NCBI GenBank assembly: GCA_977018835.1
Contig: OZ361261.1
Span: 124,001 to 188,000, forward strand
DNA from: Minutocellus sp. GHC0000111
Taxonomy: Eukaryota
Direction of reading: 5' to 3'
Length of the DNA stretch: 64,000 nt
This document shows, piece by piece, positions 36,771-47,039 of this stretch (position 1 is its first letter; every line of letters begins with the position of its first letter). The translations under genes were made by a program, and so were the position numbers. The notes under the pieces were generated by a model. That model did no database searches. It was not told the origin of the DNA and saw only the letters and a list, made by a program, of their open reading frames with translations.

Positions 36771-39419
36771 TTAAGGTCGCAGAGACAAAATTTCAAGAAG
36801 GAGAGAGTGGCTTACTGCCTTGATACCCTCCGTCTTGGAGATGACGTCGAAATTCGACACGATATACTCCATACAGACCTCCTTAAGGACCTGGCAATGT
36901 GCATCGGCCGCATTTTGTAGGACCGCCGGCGCATTATCTCCAGTCAAGTTCCTCCGGACGACGACACAGCACATGTCCCGAAGGCGTTCGAGCTGATAAA
37001 GGTCAGCGGCGATGTATAAATCAACGGCGTGCTCCAGCTCAATCTTGACCGAATCGGTGTAGAGATACTCCATGAGAAGAAGGAAGACGGGGCGAGGTAT
37101 GTTCGGAATACGGATCTCCTTTTCGACCGACTCGCGCATACCAGACCGGAACATGGCCGCAAAGTGCTCGCACCTTCGAGCAAGAATGGCCCTATGAGCA
37201 TGGATCGGCTGATCTTCCACCAAGAACGTAACATCGGAGTATTCATCGTCGTCCACCATGTCCCGCATATCCTGGAGGAAGGATTGAGTGACAGGGATTG
37301 AATTGGCACCGAATGCACCGGCAAAATTACCCGAGTCATCAAAGGGTTCCACCAAGGCAGCGGTGTGCTCGTTGTAGGACGCCACGCGCACAACCTTGTG
37401 ATCCTTGAGCTTCTCAACCATCTGTGGCGTCGAAACCTTCTTCCCAGAGCCGTGACCTGCAATGATATGATTGCAGTTGAATCGGGAGAGGAGACAAAAG
37501 TCAGTATAAATGTATTACAGATAGAAAGGACAAGTAGATACATGTATTCACAATTGACAAAACGAAATAAAACTCAGGCTGGTTAGACTTACCTAACTTC
37601 CCGTGATCTCCATTACCTATGATTATTGATGGAGGAATCGAGGAGAACGAATGTTTGGAGAATGAGCCAGCGGATTACACGGAAACAAATAAATAGAGAG
37701 CAATAACATATTACACTGCAATGAAACTCACCCCAGGTCTATGAATGAGGTCAAGCACGAACCAAAAATGAAAGCAACGAGTGTATACAAAAAGAAAGTG
37801 AGCATTAGTGAAAGGAATAGAAAAAGGCGAAACGCTCCGCCACGCTGGAAAAGCGAGAACGACTCACGTAAACCCGGCCCTTGGATGTAAGGGCGACGGA
37901 GTGGGACCAGCCGCAGGTAATTTGTGAGACAAAGATGCCCTCGAGCGCCTGGACGACAGTCGGCTTGACCTTATTGACCTTATCGCCATGCCCAAGCTGT
38001 CCATGTTCACCGCCGCCAAACGTCCACATTTTCCCATCTTCGGTAATGGCCGCGGTATGGAAGCCGCCGCAAGCGACCTGGACCGGTCTCTTGCCAAGCA
38101 ATGACTCCACAAGGCGTGGGCTATGGCAGTTCCGCTCAGTGCCGTGCCCAAGGCGTCCGAACTTTCCTTCGCCCCACTGTTTTTAGTAAGAAAGATAGAA
38201 AAAAGATAGAGACCACATTAGCCAAGGCAGGAAAGTGATAAAAATTCAAAGATAGGAAGTCATGACAAGAGTGCACCATGCAAGCATTCACCGACTCACG
38301 GTGTAAACCTCATGGGAATCTGTCAAGCAGCCCGTGTGGAAGCCACAAGCGGATAGTTGAATGACTCTCTTTCCTGCCATCCGTTCGAGCAACTTGGGCG
38401 TGTACTGGTGGCCCTCCGTGTCTCCGTGACCAGCCACTCCGTTCTCCTTGTCGCCCCACGTGTAGAGAGCACCGGTCGAGGTGAGGACGGCTGTATGGCG
38501 ACTGCCACAGGCAATTTGCGACACCGTGAGACCGACCAAGCCCTCCACTCTCCTCGGCGTCGAGTGCCCGGATTCGTTTCCATGTCCCAATTTACCGTAC
38601 ATGCCGCCACCCCAGGTAAAGAGATCTCCATTGGAGGCAACAGCTGCTGTGTGGTACGATCCACAGGTAACCTGCACAATAACTTGACCGCTCAGGGATT
38701 GAGCGATGCGGGGCACATACTTCCAGCCGTTATCTCCATGACCCAGACGGCCGTCATCGCCGCGCCCCCAGGTGTACACCTGGCCATCGGTCGTGAGAAC
38801 CACTGTATGGCCCGAACCACAAGCAATCTGAGAAACACCGACACCTCGAAGAGCATCAACGAAGGTGGGTTCGTCCTGGTCGCTATTTTGTATGTACAAA
38901 AGTTTTTTTGAATCAGAATATTCATTTGTGAGAAATGAAAAGAATATCAATTCATTTTGGCAAACATCAGCTTTTGAGCAAATTGTTGGGCGATATCTAG
39001 ACATAGACCTTTTGCAGCAATAGTATAGATGAGGAATTGCTGCTGCTGAACAGAACGTTCCCAGTAAAACCTCTCCGATCGAGCGGGTAACAGTCGACAC
39101 CTCCGTCCGCGACATAGACAAAGAGTACATACCTTGTGTCGCCGATGCCAAGCTGGCCATCTTCGCCTCTGCCCCAGCTAAAGACAGCAAGGCCGCCGCC
39201 GGCTCCGGATCCCCGGCCCATGAAGCTCGAGGAGAGACCGGCCGTCTGCGCACTTCCGGACCCGGCTTCTCCTACGCTTCCAGAACCCGCACTTCCGGAA
39301 CCAGCACCACCGCCGCTACCAAAGGCTGGGCGGGCTCTGGACGATTCGCTTAGGCTACATCCCGCCGCTACCGAGGCGGAGGGTCCACCGGAGCTGGAAT
39401 CCGAGCGCTCTCCGCTCAT
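36771..39419 (-). CDS. RCC1-repeat and BTB/POZ domain protein (multi-exon)
   Basis: Many RCC1 repeats (IACGSGHT...VYTWGRGDDGRLGHGD) across ORFs 38997-39419, 38288-39253 and 37805-38110. C-terminal BTB (YSDVTFLVE..PIHAHRAILARRC.HF.AMF) in 36771-37421. Confidence 0.88.
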
Positions 39420-39836
39420 GCCTTCGTTGGAATATGCTGCTTTCTTCGTTGAGTTGCAATGTGAGTTGGTGTGACACGAGAGGTCCCGGCAAAAAATTGG
39501 ACCGGTTTGTGTTGCCGTGCGATGAGATCAGGAAGAGAGCCGTCAACCAGCGATGCGATATCGCAGCTACCACCGACAAGGTTCGAAGGCACAAAGAGAG
39601 GAAGGGGGCAGCGGGGTATCACAGAGCAGAGCAGTCGGAGCCGGAGCGATACGCCGTCAAGAAGTCCAAGTCCGTTCCACGATCATCAATTTGTGAAGCT
39701 TTATGGACTTTCCGTCAAAACCACCACTTCTTCGATTTTAGCACATAAAGAAAGGTCAAGTACATTGTACGTACGTCGTACGTGCACAGCCCTCATCGCG
39801 CATCATGCCCTCATCACTCATCGCTCATCACGCCTC

Positions 39837-40931
39837 ATGTTTTCTTTTGCCATGGCGGCTTCCAACATTGGCATCGTCCCGCGCTACGCAGTAATTCTAG
39901 GAAAACGCTGCGCCCGTCCATTGGAAGCCTCTATTAAATCACGGACAATTGTCACTTTACACACCACAGCAGGGCTGAGCACACCTCGTCTCCCCATCTT
40001 CTCCTCCAAAGTAGTAGGACAAGTGGCCCCACCTACACGTACCAGGACGACGAATCGCAGCATGTCAGGCACAACTTCAGGTCATTACGAAAGTCACACG
40101 GCCGACTCCTACGAGAGTGCGTACTTTTATTCAGCTGGGGACTATACCAACTATCTCCGAGATACAGTGAAAAGGGCACTTCACCTTCCTGCGTCAGCAT
40201 CAACAAATAGCACATGTATTAGGCGCCTGATTGATATCGGAGGAGGGACAGGTAATTTCACTCGAATGATTCTGGAGGGCGTTCCAAATATCGAGGGTGT
40301 CGTGATCGATCCTTTTCTCGAAGCCGGTTCCACTGATACTGGGAGGAACGGTGGTGTCGATGACATTCACTTCGTCAAAGCAAGCGCGGAAGATTTTGCT
40401 TCGAACGAAACTACCAGTACATCGACAGGTGATGAATGGTGGAAGAGTGGATACCATTATATCCTACTGAAAGAGGTAGTTCATCACCTTCCATATGAAT
40501 GTCGAAGTGACATCTTTCGAGGATTGCGTTCCGGCCTAGCTGACTTGGACGACAGTCATGGTCACAACAAGGGTCCATCGCTGCTTATTGTGACACTCCC
40601 CCAAGTAGAAATTGATTACCCACTCTGGCCAGCGGCACGGAAGGTATGGGCAGCAAATCAGCCGTCGGCATCTGACATCGAGGCAGATCTGAAAGTAGCA
40701 GGCTTTCAACACGTCGAGAGCAAGATACAGACATATCCTGCATCGATCGAGCTCGATCGGTGGCTTGATATGGTCAACTCTCGATTCTGGAGCACCTTCA
40801 GCAAATTTAGCGACGAAGAGCTGAAGGAAGCATGCAATCTGATTCGAGATGAGGCTACCAAATCATCAAAGGTTGACGATGACGGCATTGTCCACTTCGA
40901 GGATCGATTGGTATTCATAACTGCGAGGTAA
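39837..40931 (+). CDS. Class I SAM-dependent methyltransferase with putative organellar presequence
   Basis: LIDIGGGTGNF motif I, VKASAEDF, ILLKEVVHHL. Confidence 0.8.
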   Translation: MFSFAMAASNIGIVPRYAVILGKRCARPLEASIKSRTIVTLHTTAGLSTPRLPIFSSKVVGQVAPPTRTRTTNRSMSGTTSGHYESHTADSYESAYFYSAGDYTNYLRDTVKRALHLPASASTNSTCIRRLIDIGGGTGNFTRMILEGVPNIEGVVIDPFLEAGSTDTGRNGGVDDIHFVKASAEDFASNETTSTSTGDEWWKSGYHYILLKEVVHHLPYECRSDIFRGLRSGLADLDDSHGHNKGPSLLIVTLPQVEIDYPLWPAARKVWAANQPSASDIEADLKVAGFQHVESKIQTYPASIELDRWLDMVNSRFWSTFSKFSDEELKEACNLIRDEATKSSKVDDDGIVHFEDRLVFITAR

Positions 40932-41136
40932 ATCTCCTTACCGGTATTTAGAATGTAATTGCTGGCAGCAAGGACGGACAGCGATGTCAGCCGAAAATAA
41001 ATGCTACTTTCTTTATGACGTGTGCGGTGGAGCGAGCGGCGATGCCGGTCGGTCGGCTGCTCTGCTCTCAGCCAGTTGCAGAAGTCGATGGAGGGGACGC
41101 GCGTAGTTGCAGCGCCCAGTCCGAACGAATGCGCGT

Positions 41137-42651
41137 ATGATGAAGCGAATACGGCCTTCGCCTCTATACTTAGTGACCGTCGCAGTGCTGTTGTCTATCC
41201 GAGATGCCGCTGGTTTTGTCCATAGCAGCAGGGTAGCACGTGCCACGCGGATACGGCTTTCTTCAACGTCAACCGCAGAATCAGAAGCACAACAGGAACC
41301 AACCTCATCATCAGGATGCCCCTTCTCAATGGCATTCCCTCGCTATCGCATCGACTTGAGCTCGGAGAAAGCGGCGAAGAAACGATTCGATGCGGTCAAG
41401 AGCGACCTGGGCATATTTTCTGGTATATTTTCTGGCATCAGGCTGGTAGCCGACAAAGGTAAAGTCCAACGTCGATACGCCGAAGAGGACAGTGATGGAA
41501 GATTATTTGTTGTTGACTGCACGGTGGACGCCGACACCCTACAGAAAGCCAAAGGCGGGTATCACGGCACAAAGGAATCTACAAACGAGAAGGGAGACGT
41601 CAGCGATGATGAGTGGCAAATGGGATTAGCAGGTTTACGTGCAGCATCTCAATTTTGGAAGATTTTCGCAGACATTGCAGAAGAGGGTATTAGCCCTGTA
41701 CAGCCGCACCAAAGATCAGTCATATCTTTCATTGGCGCTACACCTGTTCAAATTCAACGCCTGATAGACATTGCGTCCTGGCTCGAGGATGATATGGTAG
41801 GAGATCACTCGCATTTGCGAATAGACGCTGATGGCGAAATGCCAATACCAACAGTGGTTATTGAACAACGGACAACCAGAGCCAACGACGAGGTACGAGT
41901 AGGAGAAAGGAACAGCGACGATCTACCCCCAGCGGACGTTATTGAGGAAAGAACAAAGTCATGGGTTCGAAGGATTCTTGTCAATCTCTCGATATGTCCA
42001 TTCACAAAATCTGACACACGATCAGGACAGGGCTTAGCAGAATTCTCGATCCCGACTGGCTGCATTTCGTACCATTATTCAAAGGCCGGCCCATCAAATA
42101 TCTCTCGACTGATGGCTGAGTGCTGGGGTGCTATTTTGGAGATGGTGGAAGCTGGACCTGGAGGAAAAAGTGGTGTCTCGAGCATCCTTTTGTCTGCGCC
42201 GCGATATGACGACGACTTTTCTCTTTGGAGCGGCCCAATATTTTCCATGCTAGAAGCAGGTGTCGGCGCTGCAGGGGCAGAGCCAATTATTGGGGTGGTT
42301 TGTTTCCATCCTCGATATGTCACACCAGATGGCACTTCGTGGCCAGGATTTGGACACATGCATTCAGTCCCTCGGTTAAGAAAATGGATGCACGAGCAAG
42401 ATCCAGAGCTAGCTGAAAAGCTCACGGATGACCAGATCGCTGCTGGTGGTGCTTGGCAACGACGAACTCCGCATGCGGTGCTCAATGTGTTGCGGGCGAA
42501 TCAGCTGGAAGCAGCTGAAAGTCGGCGGCAATCGCCACAAATGTATTCGCGTAACATCCGTGTTCTTGTTGCCGGAGAGGAAGACGGAGGCATTGGATCC
42601 GACAAGCTCATGGAAGAGTTGGAGAAGGAACGAAGCTTATCACCACAGTAG
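41137..42651 (+). CDS. Plastid-targeted protein with DUF1415-like domain
   Basis: Signal peptide + AAG-FV; T.SWV...LV.L.ICPF, VVCFHP.Y, RRTPHAVLNVLR, YSRNI resemble DUF1415. Confidence 0.65.
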   Translation: MMKRIRPSPLYLVTVAVLLSIRDAAGFVHSSRVARATRIRLSSTSTAESEAQQEPTSSSGCPFSMAFPRYRIDLSSEKAAKKRFDAVKSDLGIFSGIFSGIRLVADKGKVQRRYAEEDSDGRLFVVDCTVDADTLQKAKGGYHGTKESTNEKGDVSDDEWQMGLAGLRAASQFWKIFADIAEEGISPVQPHQRSVISFIGATPVQIQRLIDIASWLEDDMVGDHSHLRIDADGEMPIPTVVIEQRTTRANDEVRVGERNSDDLPPADVIEERTKSWVRRILVNLSICPFTKSDTRSGQGLAEFSIPTGCISYHYSKAGPSNISRLMAECWGAILEMVEAGPGGKSGVSSILLSAPRYDDDFSLWSGPIFSMLEAGVGAAGAEPIIGVVCFHPRYVTPDGTSWPGFGHMHSVPRLRKWMHEQDPELAEKLTDDQIAAGGAWQRRTPHAVLNVLRANQLEAAESRRQSPQMYSRNIRVLVAGEEDGGIGSDKLMEELEKERSLSPQ

Positions 42652-42999
42652 TGTTCTTACCGGTACTCGACTCTGCTACTCTGCTCTCTGCTAGAATCTA
42701 TCTATGTAGATCTAGCTACATAGCTATCTAGCTGAGCATGTAGCCAATTGACGTAGCTACACACATGTAGCTAGCTAGTAGACCTAGTAGCTAGCTACAT
42801 GTAGGCTCCATCACAGTTCTGATGCCTCTGTTTGATTTCAAGATCCAAACCTAGAGTCTAGTACATGTAGGTGTCACTGCGATCTAGCTACGTGTAGCAC
42901 ATGTGCATGTGTATAGCAAGATCCAAATTTGCAGCCTTCATTTGATTTTTATCAGTCAGCCCCCCCTGGGCAGGCATGAGTTTTGTTTGACACGTGAGT

Positions 43000-43118
43000 C
43001 TCCAAGGACTGACCTCCAAGGACCGATCTTCAGGGACCAATCTTCAGGGGGAAGGACCGATCTCTTCAGGGATCAATCTCCAAGGGCCGATCTTCAGGGA
43101 TCAATCTTCAAGGACCGA
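43000..43118. repeat. Minisatellite, about 13-bp unit GGACC(G/A)ATCTTCA(G/A)
   Basis: About 8 degenerate tandem copies visible in intergenic DNA. Confidence 0.8.
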
Positions 43119-43431
43119 GAGGCAGCAGCAAGCATCGCATCTGGTTGCTTACTCGACGCATCACAGTTCCAGGTGGATCGCTCACCATAGTGAAACGGAC
43201 AAAATAAGGCCCTTTTGTGCTGACGTACTGTAGAAAGCACGTCATTTTACCCTCATCACCATGGTGAACTGCCGCTCTCTGCCGCTGTAGTCAATACTTT
43301 CACGAAGTGAGCACGCCGAAGGCAAGCTGATACCCGTCCGCTAATTGAGCGGCGGCAGCATCTGGAAATTCCCCACGCATCAAAAGTTGTCACACCACAA
43401 AATTATCAACCCGTCGTCAAAATCGCACGAC

Positions 43432-43880
43432 ATGAGACGACTTGGGAGGTACGATGCTGAGAGAGCCACAGCCTCCCAATCGCTCCAACATTCAAGAAAT
43501 ATTCGCCCAACATATCCAACGATCGAGAAGACGACGAAAGATACCGAAGGCGGAGGAAGAAAAAGAAGCACCGGAGCAGCAGGGAAAATCGACATCGGAG
43601 TAAGAAGAAGTCGTCAAGAAAACATAAGAAAAGCAAGCGATCGAAGAGAAAACGCCGGTGCAGCAGTAGCAACAGCGGGTCGGAAAGTAGCGATGTTTCC
43701 AGCAGCGAAGAATACCGGTACGCATACAGCGAGGAGGAAAGCATATCTACCGATTGTACCTCTAGATCTAGTGGATCTAGATCCAAATCCAGGCCTCGGA
43801 AATACGCGCACAAGCGGCGGCAGAAGAAAAGAAAGAGGAGGAGCAAGGAGGACCAACAACGAAGAGGTTCGACGTCGTAG
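43432..43880 (+). CDS. Possible small Lys/Arg/Ser-rich low-complexity protein (frameshifted)
   Basis: A frame not in the ORF track reads DREDDERYRRRRKKKKHRSSRENRHRSKKKSSRKHKKSKRSKRKRR...SSSNSGSESS. It needs a shift from the ATG at 43432. Confidence 0.35.
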
Positions 43881-44250
43881 ACAATTAAAAAAAATTCTAA
43901 TCAGAGTCTCTACATGTATAATATATAAAAATAGCTAACCGGTACTTGTAACAAGACCTCCATTCTAGCTAGACTCTACACAAAGGCCAATCCATCTACG
44001 TGTCCCGGTAGATCAATACCAATGGTATACATATGCATGTATGTGGCAGGCGCCAAAAAGACCTCCAACTCCCCTCGAGTCGCCGACGGCGAAGTTTGAG
44101 CGCAAAAATGTGCAACACGTCACACCAGCAAAGAATTCGGCCGGCGCGGCGAGTGTATCTTCCGCAACCTCCAAAGCCAATCGAGAAGATTGCCCAGTGT
44201 TGGCACTGAACCATATTTCCTCCTTTACGTATACGGACAAGCCTCCCACA

Positions 44251-46447
44251 ATGCGATTTCTCGACTCGGGGCTACTTCTTTTGTGCCTCAGCTCCGTAAC
44301 GGCCTTTGTCCCAGCAGCACATAATCTTGCGAGGACAAGTCCCAATGCCGGTGCTGCAGCAGCTTCAACTGCTCCCATGGCAACAACTGCCGCGAGTGCC
44401 ACTGCTACCGCTGATACTGATGCGACATTGAAATCATCTTCAACATCTACGGAAGACAATGGTGCCGAGATAATGTGGCAGCCCGGTGCCACAGCCATGT
44501 CGGAAACAGCCATGGCCAAATTCAAGCGCGACGTTGGCATCGATGGATCGTACGATGATCTTTGGCAATGGAGTGTCGACAATTCCGATCAGTTCTGGAC
44601 GGAGCTGATGGACTTTGTTGATATCAAGTATACGGGGTCTACGTCACCCGTGCGAGAGGGCGATGTTATGCCGGATGTCGAGTACTTTCCAGAATTGAAT
44701 CTCAATTTCGCCGAGAACATGCTTCGATATGCTGACAAAAATGGAGATGACGAAGCATTGGTATCAATTTCAGAGGCACGTGACGACGTCCGCTGGAAGT
44801 TTTCGGAATTGCGAGACGATGCAGCGCGCATTGAGTCGGCTCTGTCGAAACTGGGCGTTGGTGCCGATGATGCTTGCGGTGCTTTCATGCCAAACATTGG
44901 TGAAACTGTTGTGGCAATGCTCGGCACAACAAGTACTGGAGCGACCTGGTCCTCCTGTTCACAGGACTTTGGTGCGCGAGCCGTTGCCGATCGATTTGGG
45001 CAGATCGGTCCCAAGGTTCTGTTCACTGTGGATGGATTTGTCTCGAAAGGCGCGCCAACGTCCATCGTTGAAAAGGTGGAGGAGCTGGTCGAGGCATTGC
45101 CGACACTTGAACGTGTCGTCGTCGTTCGACTTCTGGAGGACGAGCCTGAGTGGCAATCAGAACGTGTTAAATCTCTCGTTATGGATTATGATGAGTTCCT
45201 TCAAGAGGGGGCAAATGAAGATGGATCTGCCCCAGAGCCTACATACACACAGGTTCCTTTTTCGCACCCTCAGTTCGTTCTATATAGCTCCGGCACAACT
45301 GGCCTGCCAAAGAGTATTGCCCATGGCGCTGGAAATATGTTGTTACAGCACGCCAAGGAACTTATCCTACATTCGGATCTCCGCCCAAAGGATAGAATGT
45401 TGTTCTTCACTACTTGCGGCTGGATGATGTGGAATTGGATGTCTAGTTCATTGTTCGCAGGAGCCGCCGTTGTAACTTTTGATGGCTTTGCGGCATATCC
45501 AAAAATGTCATCTCCATGGGACCTAGTTGAGAAGGAGCACATTTCTCACATGGGCACTACTCCCAGATATCTACAGGCATGTCGCAAACGTGTTCGACCC
45601 GGTGAAGACAACGATCTCTCGGCCTTGCGTGTAATGTTCTCAACTGGATCGCTGCTGCTGGCCGAGGACTTTGACTACGTGTACAGCAAGGTGAAGAGTG
45701 ATATTATGCTGGCATCTATATCTGGTGGCACAGAGTTTTATATTGGGCAACCCCCTGCTTCCAGTACGAAAGGGTGAGCTCACTGCCTTTGGCCTTGGTC
45801 TTGATGCCTGCTCATTCGATCGTGAGAGTAGCAAGCCGGTTGTTGGCGAGAAGGCGGAGCTTGTTTGCAAGAGTCCATTTGTTGCCGCGCCTGTTTGCTT
45901 CTTTGGCGACGACGATAACAAATCCAAGTATCGAGCTGCCTATTTTGAACAAAATGACGGGGTCTGGTACCATGGCGATCTTGTCGAGGTTATAGGTTCC
46001 AATGGTGACTGCGGCGGTGTCGTAATTCATGGTCGTAGTGACACTACCCTTAAGCCCGGTGGGGTTCGCATCGGAACTGCCGAGGTTTACAGATTTGCCG
46101 AGGCAGTGGACAGCGTTGATGATTCATTGGTCATTGGAGAGCAGATCAAGAAAGGTCGGCGTGCCGGAGATGTCCGCGTCGTTTTGTTCGTCAAGCTCAA
46201 GGAAGGCTTGGAGCTCAATGCAGACATTGAAGCTGACATTCGCAATACCATTCGGGATGGAGCATCTGATGCACACGTGCCTGCTTTGATTAAGCAAGTT
46301 CAAAAGATTCCGTACACTCGCTCTGGTAAGAAGGTCGAGTTGGCCGTGAAAGATTTGATTGATGGCATTGAGCCAAGGAACATGGGAGCTCTCCAAGATG
46401 CAAGTGCTTTTGACGAATATAGAGAGATGGCGAAAGAGGGCCTTTGA
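44251..46447 (+). CDS. AACS: Acetoacetyl-CoA synthetase (acetoacetate-CoA ligase) with bipartite plastid presequence; frameshifting deletion near 45733
   Basis: YDDLWQWSV, LNFAENML, LYSSGTTGLPKSIAHG, FFTTCGWMMWNW, SISGGT, then in another frame FILGNP, VWYHGD, GRSDTTLKPGGVRIGTAE, YTRSGKKVELAV. N-terminus MRFLDSGLLLLCLSSVTA-FVP. Confidence 0.9.
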
Positions 46448-47039
46448 TTTACAGGCAGGAATCCCATGTACATGGATACAGTACTGTAGGACCAAGCTAG
46501 CTTGTGGCTCCAGCCAACTAAACTCTGTGCAAAATGAACATCAAATAAAAAATGATAATTACGCCTTAGCGATACAGCTGTAGACTCCAAGTGCCGGAAC
46601 GTGAAAGAATAACTATGCACATGTAGATCTAGGTCGTTCCGGCTATGGAGCAAGATGGCGGTGATAGATCCCCTGATCGATGACCTTTTGGCGTCCAGCG
46701 GCAGCAGCGGGGATCGGGATGGGAGGAGTGGCTTTCGTCTGTCGTCAACCGCATCAGGAATTCGAATCGATCGATGACGCACGGCCCGGTACTTTTTTGC
46801 CTTTGCCGCTATTTTGGTGCCACATAGCCTACTCTAGCTAGAGTACCCACCAACCAGGCCGCGCTAGATACCGGTACCCGCAGCTGATCGATACATTGAG
46901 GTCGATGCCGTTAGAAGCTTCTGTAGAAGAAATAGTCCGACCGGCGGTGGGTCAGGGCAGCAACCGTACCATTAGCCGTCGTTCCCCCCCTGTTCGTCGC
47001 TTCACTTGCTTCTCTACTCCAACCGCAACACTCCTTGCA

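Noticed and set aside
5140..45740. Programmed ribosomal frameshifting as the cause of the split genes
   Set aside because: No common slippery motif, and some sites lack several conserved codons, which frameshifting cannot restore.
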